Positions 58,949-64,000 of a DNA stretch of 64,000 bases are shown here, in pieces (the first letter of the stretch is position 1; the number at the start of each line of letters is the position of its first letter). A model generated the notes under the pieces. The model did no database searches, was not told the origin of the DNA, and was given only the letters and a program-made list of their open reading frames with translations. Location: the IMG/VR virus record IMGVR_UViG_2843834578_000006; one strand, 5' to 3'. A program made the translations under genes and the position numbers. The stretch comes from an uncultured virus (IMG/VR IMGVR_UViG_2843834578_000006) (lineage: Duplodnaviria; Heunggongvirae; Uroviricota; Caudoviricetes).

Positions 58949-60190
58949 CTATACATTAAATGCAAATTTCATCTGCTCTTGCTCTTGGCGTGGAATACCA
59001 ATTTCTTTTGCGACATTTTGCCAATTATTAATTTCTTTCAGTACTTCATCATAAATCTGTACGGCTTGTTGCTTAGATAATTGAAAAAAGTCAGCAACAT
59101 CAAAGGCGAGCTGATAATCCAATCGGTTATCGCTGTCTGTTATGTTTAAATGTAATCCTTGAGATAGTGGTACTGGGTTTAAATCGTATGCGGGAGATAA
59201 TATCCACCCCTCTTGAGCGTAGATAAATCCGTGGTTACGCAAATGATCATCAGTATTCGAAATAGCAATATTGAATACAATTCTTCTCCATAGTTGAGCC
59301 AAGTCAATTCGAGTATTTGAACCACTTTCTGTTAAAAATTGAGCAATCTCAAGGTAGCTTGCCTCATAGTCTCCGTCATAATAACCCAGCTGGGTTAATG
59401 CTGACGTAAAATGGCGACGTTTTCCACAATGTCGATCAAATCTTTGTGTCAAAAAAGTATGGTGTTCTTGGTTAAAGCGTTCAATTCTACAAGTAGCCAT
59501 TTCAATTTTGGCTTGAATAGCCAGTCGATAAGCTAAATATTCCCAAAGAGCAATATCATAATCATCGTACCGACTTGGAAATTTGGCAATCCATAGTTGA
59601 TTTAGTTCATCTATTACCGAAGCTTTTGGTCTAGCTCCGCCTAGTGACGACCCTGGTGATATCAACATATGAAGCCATTTTAAATAATCCGGATCGTCCA
59701 CATTATCACTGCTTTCAAGTTGTATTGCTGCAAATTCTAATTCTCTTAAGGAAGACAGTGGTGGTGCTGCAAGACGAGTATTATTGTCCAAAAATGGACC
59801 ATTCAATTCAGTTTTAAAACGTAAAGCCCCCATTCTATTCATATCGTGTACGCCTAAAAGGTAATCACTTTCTATTAGTAACTTAGGTTTACGATTCTCT
59901 TGACTAGCTAGAGCTGCCTCCCGACGTTTCATTAACAATCTACCCCATCTATCAGGGCAAGAATCTAAAAAGATATGAAAATTTTGTGTATCTGTACTGT
60001 ATTGCTCTCCAGGGTAAAGGTATAAGTTAGGATCAATCTGCTGTACATAGGGTGAACTTAACCACTCGTTATCGTAGCTAAAACGGAAATTTTCTTTGCC
60101 TCTCACTACATCAGAAGAAAGCACCCCAACTAATTCAGGCTGTGAAAAAGTTTCCCAATCTGCAAACACATAAATTCGTTTATTCATCAT
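58949..60190 (-). CDS. hipA: HipA-family kinase toxin
   Basis: PDRWGR, SLGGARPKA, AKFP, NTDDHLRNHG, LSPAYD. Confidence 0.93.
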   Translation of the reverse strand: MMNKRIYVFADWETFSQPELVGVLSSDVVRGKENFRFSYDNEWLSSPYVQQIDPNLYLYPGEQYSTDTQNFHIFLDSCPDRWGRLLMKRREAALASQENRKPKLLIESDYLLGVHDMNRMGALRFKTELNGPFLDNNTRLAAPPLSSLRELEFAAIQLESSDNVDDPDYLKWLHMLISPGSSLGGARPKASVIDELNQLWIAKFPSRYDDYDIALWEYLAYRLAIQAKIEMATCRIERFNQEHHTFLTQRFDRHCGKRRHFTSALTQLGYYDGDYEASYLEIAQFLTESGSNTRIDLAQLWRRIVFNIAISNTDDHLRNHGFIYAQEGWILSPAYDLNPVPLSQGLHLNITDSDNRLDYQLAFDVADFFQLSKQQAVQIYDEVLKEINNWQNVAKEIGIPRQEQEQMKFAFNV

Positions 60191-60205
60191 TATTTCCTTA
60201 ATAAT

Positions 60206-60475
60206 TCAATATCCTAACTCATCATCCTTTCCAACATCAGTGAAATCTTGTTCTAGACCGAGAACACCTAAAACCATTAGGTAGTATCCAATCGCAACAG
60301 TTGGATCACCATTCATAATTTTTCTCACTGTTACACGGCTAAGCCCAGTTCTTTGAGCCAATAATGTTTGAGTAAACATTCTCCTTTTTGAGGCTAGCCT
60401 AATATTTTCTCCAAGTTGAAGCAAGGCATTTTGGTACTTAGGAAACAGAGTTGGTGATTTTGTTTTACTGAGCAT
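60206..60475 (-). CDS. XRE HTH antitoxin (HipB-like)
   Basis: LGENIRLA..TQ.LLAQRTGLSR.T; upstream of hipA. Confidence 0.85.
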   Translation of the reverse strand: MLSKTKSPTLFPKYQNALLQLGENIRLASKRRMFTQTLLAQRTGLSRVTVRKIMNGDPTVAIGYYLMVLGVLGLEQDFTDVGKDDELGY

Positions 60476-60624
60476 TATTATTACCATTTTTATGTTTTTT
60501 GGAAATTATAATATCCATTTATAGCAATTGCAAGAGCAGTTATGTAAACAGTAAAATAGGTAGAGAGGGTTTTTCGGAAAAAAATATCTGGTGAAGTTTT
60601 GACTAAATTTGAATTAAAAGAAAA

Positions 60625-61912
60625 AATAACTCTTTCCAGTTCTACTTGTGCATCCGCATTTTGAGCGACATTTGGCTCACGCATACCAGCTAAGACTGCT
60701 CGCCGAGCCAGGAGCATTTTTTCCATTATCTTACTAGTCGCAATTTCTGCAGATAAGCGTTGGCTTAATACCTCAACATCAGGATCATCTCGAAGACTCT
60801 CAATAAGCCCTCTTGTTACTGGTACAGTAGTTGAACTCAAATCAGCTAACAATTCAGCCTTAGGCACATCCATATTCAGTACATTCTCTAATTTGACAAT
60901 AGTACGAACATGTTCTTCCTCAATTTCCGGACTCAAGCCTACACCGGCTTTTGAGCTGGTTTTAGTGCCACAATCCTCTTTACAAGTCGAAATAGATTGT
61001 TCACCAATAATCTTAGTTAAAAAATCGGCTGCTGTTTGTGGATTATCCCAAGTTTGGCAAAGATTCCCATCACAGCTTGAACCTGAAATTGTACTGGTAT
61101 CTAAGGCATTACGTTTGTTCAGTAAATTAAACCCAGCTTTGACAACATCGCCAACAACATTGATAGCTTCTTGGTTTTCCCCACCTTTTTTCTGACCTCC
61201 TATCCAAACTCGCCCATCTTTCCCTTTTTTATCTTCCAGGTCTTTTTGAGCTTGTTTTGCATCAGGTTGAGAGGAGGTAATTTGCTTATAGCTTTCTAAA
61301 TCAGCTGCTTGCCCCCATTTTCCTCCCAGTGTATGATCTGCTAAAACTTTGGACATTTCTTCACAACTGGTTTTAAGACGGTTGAAATCCAGCTTACCTT
61401 GGTACATACCATTTGTGAGTAAATCGTAGAGTTGAGGGTTGGCCCGTTGCAATACCATTGCAGGCATACTTGCAACCGCACCTTTCGCTGAATCAATGAC
61501 ATTCCCCATTAAATCTTTAAAGCCGTCTTTGAGACCGTTTAAATCATTTTTAATGGTCGTTTTAATATCAAAATTACCACTCANTGACATTCCCCATTAA
61601 ATCTTTAAAGCCGTCTTTGAGACCGTTTAAATCATTTTTAATGGTCGTTTTAATATCAAAATTACCACAGGTTAAATTCGCTTTCCAACCAATTCCTAAA
61701 TCAACAACTTTGGTATTACCACGACTAGGTGGAGCCATATAACCCATTCCACCGCCGATTTGGTAAAAAACACGGTCTGAAATAATCGAATCCGACTTAC
61801 TAAATTCCAGTTTATCCGTAATCGAATCGGCATAAGATAGTCCTGATACACTTGATAATAATGCTGTCGTGATCCGTAAGTGGGATTTTTTGAAGTTAAA
61901 GTGAGATTTCAT
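60625..61912 (-). pseudogene. ICE protein (TIGR03755-like), 3'-truncated and broken by an 88-bp duplication with an N
   Basis: YQIGGG..CGNFDIKTT..QRANPQLYDLL. Confidence 0.82.
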
Positions 61913-61929
61913 TATTGCTCCCAATGTTA

Positions 61930-62871
61930 TTAGTGTGACCAATCAATACTGTAAAGGAATGTTTGCCCACGGCGTTTGCAACAACTATAAGGTCGCCATA
62001 ATGCCCAAGCATAATCACCTTGATTTGAAATTTGAGAAGAATAGGTATCTGTTTGCCCTCCATTAGGAAAAACAGAGCAGGTATTTGACATTTGAGGGTA
62101 AAGTATTTGCCATTTATGTGTTCTTGCTTGTCCCTCTTCGACCGGTCCTGGAGGCCATTCTCCTGCACCACCTGTTTTGGCTGCTGGGAAATAAATGTGT
62201 GGCTGAGCTGTTCGGCTCACAATGTCTGCCACTCTCTGCACAATGGTCGCAGAGGCTTTATAATCGTGTGCTTGGGTTACCCAACCGGAACGTGGGTAAA
62301 TATTTCCCCAGCTATCGCCTACACGGCCAACTTCCCGCATTCCCGGAGTCAGAGCTTCCGGGTAAAACATTTCCGGCATATTTTCACGCCAGGCAAAAAA
62401 ATCCAGCCCACTCAAAAAGTAAGGCATAAATGGCGTAGTTTGAGTTTTACAATAGTACCCCGTATTTCCTAATAATTGACCGATAGCTCCTTGTGGGTGT
62501 CCAAACGCATCCGCATTTTTGAAAGTGAGTTGAGAGTATTGGCGTTGTGGAGAACGGTATTCTCCACCTTTTACACCAGGATTGAGAGCTTGTAATTCTG
62601 TCCATGGCGTTTGCCCATCGTGGTTATAAGATGAAACAACCATTTCAGGTAAATAATGCTTAATTTTGGTTGATGTGCGAACCTTACATCCAAAGTAGGT
62701 ACAAAATAACCAAAAACAGGTTCCAACAACTTTATATTCCAAACAGCTTGTTGAGGCACTTGATGCAGCAATGGAAGCGGTATTCAATGAGGCTCTGGCT
62801 GGTTGAGGATATAAGGTTGTTGGGACAGCTAAACTGGCAGAGATCAGTATCGTAAGAAACGTTTTTTTCAT
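61930..62871 (-). CDS. ICE protein (TIGR03756 / TraU-like)
   Basis: CLEYKVVGTCFWLFC..WGNIYPRSG..YAWALWRPYSCC. Confidence 0.9.
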   Translation of the reverse strand: MKKTFLTILISASLAVPTTLYPQPARASLNTASIAASSASTSCLEYKVVGTCFWLFCTYFGCKVRTSTKIKHYLPEMVVSSYNHDGQTPWTELQALNPGVKGGEYRSPQRQYSQLTFKNADAFGHPQGAIGQLLGNTGYYCKTQTTPFMPYFLSGLDFFAWRENMPEMFYPEALTPGMREVGRVGDSWGNIYPRSGWVTQAHDYKASATIVQRVADIVSRTAQPHIYFPAAKTGGAGEWPPGPVEEGQARTHKWQILYPQMSNTCSVFPNGGQTDTYSSQISNQGDYAWALWRPYSCCKRRGQTFLYSIDWSH

Positions 62872-63162
62872 TTTGATTCACCTTGTTGTTTAACCCATTT
62901 ATGCCATTCATCTAATGCTTTCTGTACGTCAGTCGTACCATAAATCACACTCGGAGAAGATTGTGGATTATCAAAAAACACCGCAGGTACTTTCTTAATG
63001 CCATTTTGCCATCCACTGATCACGCCTTGATAAGCGTCTTTTAATTGTTGCTCTTGGGCTTTCCAATCTGCTGAATTAAAGAATGCACGCATTTCTTGTT
63101 CGGCAATCTCTGGTGATTTACTGAGGTTTCGACTGATTGACTCTTCAAAATTCTCTACTTGG
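62868..63162 (-). pseudogene. ICE protein (TIGR03757-like), 5'-truncated
   Basis: AYQGV..GWQNGIKKVPAVFFD..VIYGTTDV. Confidence 0.8.
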
Positions 63163-63562
63163 AAACTCCTCCTAGTAACATTGATGCCCCCATTGCTCCA
63201 ACTGTCATTGCTGTAGCAGAGCCAACCAATCCTAAGCCGATAGGACCTAACGCAAATGCAGCCCCAATTAACGCCACACCTAACACCGCTTGAAAAATAC
63301 CACCGCTTTTCGCTCCTTTGACAACAGGGGTAAAATGAATGGTTTGCCCTTTCTTCAGGCAATAAAAAAGCCCTTTTTCAAGGGCTGATGGGTCTAAATA
63401 CTGCTTACCGATACGGACTTTATAAACACCGTCTCGCAACGCTTCACGCAATCCTTTAAGCTGTGAACACAGAGCACGAATTGCCTCAGCGATGTCTTTA
63501 ACTAAAATTTTAAAATCTGTGCCGAATGTTTTAAGGTGTCCGTAAAATTTAACTGTAATCAT
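63161..63562 (-). pseudogene. Tail assembly protein I (lambda gpI-like), 3'-truncated
   Basis: MITVKFYG.L..FG..AEAIRAL..GASMLLGGVS. Confidence 0.88.
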
Positions 63563-63564
63563 AG

Positions 63565-63732
63565 TTACCACCAACGAATAGCAGTGATAAATTCAGGAGC
63601 TTTCCAGATGAACGCAAACAAAAAGAGAATTATTGCGGCTGTCCACATTGTTTTTCTGATTTCTTTTGGGGTAATATTTATTGCTTCCATAAGAACTCCT
63701 AGAAATTTGAATGTAAATCGTTTATCATTCAT
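63565..63732 (-). CDS. 55-aa membrane peptide between K and I (absent from ORF track)
   Basis: RBS GAGGA; MNDKRFTFKFLGVL..AAIILFLFAFIW..IRWW. Confidence 0.6.
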   Translation of the reverse strand: MNDKRFTFKFLGVLMEAINITPKEIRKTMWTAAIILFLFAFIWKAPEFITAIRWW

Positions 63733-63830
63733 TTAATTTATGTCCTCTTAGTTAGGTAAGTGGATATGAAAAACCCCGAAGTGCTGCAAACGCTTCGGGG
63801 TTTGTTTTTGTTACAAGCGGTCATTTTTTG

Positions 63831-64000
63831 TTAGTTATTTACAGCAATATCATTCAATATGCCATCAAAATCTAACTTCTCCGCCAGTTTATGCCGCCAA
63901 ATACTGTGGGTATGGCGTAACCAGTAGCCGTCGTATAAATCACGCTTAGATAATCGGTTGGGGCTATGATGGACTACCATCTGATCGCCAATGTAAATGG
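63831..64000 (-). CDS. Tail assembly protein K (NlpC/P60), C-terminal part; runs off window
   Basis: IYIGDQMVVHHSPNRLSKRDLYDGYW..THSIWRH. Confidence 0.9.
   Translation of the reverse strand, partial: IYIGDQMVVHHSPNRLSKRDLYDGYWLRHTHSIWRHKLAEKLDFDGILNDIAVNN

Noticed and set aside
62868..63362. 164-aa ORF as a real gene
   Set aside because: Chimera of an off-frame gpI read-through and the ICE gene fragment
1493..63736. Many short antisense or off-frame ORFs in the track (e.g. 2446..2817, 24282..24752, 37368..37805)
   Set aside because: Shadows of well-supported genes with no RBS or motifs
1..64000. tRNA or rRNA genes
   Set aside because: No cloverleaf or rRNA-like sequence recognised by eye; tRNAscan-SE would be needed to exclude them

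Overview
Pasteurellaceae accessory DNA, most likely Mannheimia/Actinobacillus-clade (abundant ACAAGCGGT uptake sequences). It reads as about 11 mobile-element fragments joined end to end, and nearly every junction cuts a gene. Two junctions carry exact 20- and 22-bp overlaps and one carries an N plus an 88-bp duplication, so the gene order is probably a contig-concatenation artefact. Contents: (1) a Mu-like transposable prophage (left end ~907, repressor/ner, two different MuA fragments, MuB, early genes, Mor-family activator, lysis, head and tail, in scrambled blocks up to 31894) with several frameshifts; (2) a lambda-like siphophage head/tail module (31895-46813, 51981-58590, 63161-64000) with a MuF-fused RelA/SpoT-type toxin, immunity and HD-hydrolase cassette (Apk2/IapK/Aph1-like); (3) a small ColE1-superfamily MOB-HEN plasmid with blaROB, a 5'-truncated estT macrolide esterase, an ISApl1 scar and a truncated attC-like site; (4) a hipBA-like pair and ICE conjugation gene fragments. 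Best leads for new biology: an unrecognised acidic ORF in front of an aca3-like HTH gene (candidate anti-CRISPR/anti-defence operon, 18195-18878), a compact pseudoknotted RNA element behind the Mu MuF-nuclease gene (26519-26635), and a promoter-driven set of covarying structured repeats downstream of hipA (58618-58945). All family assignments are from recalled motifs and synteny, not database searches.
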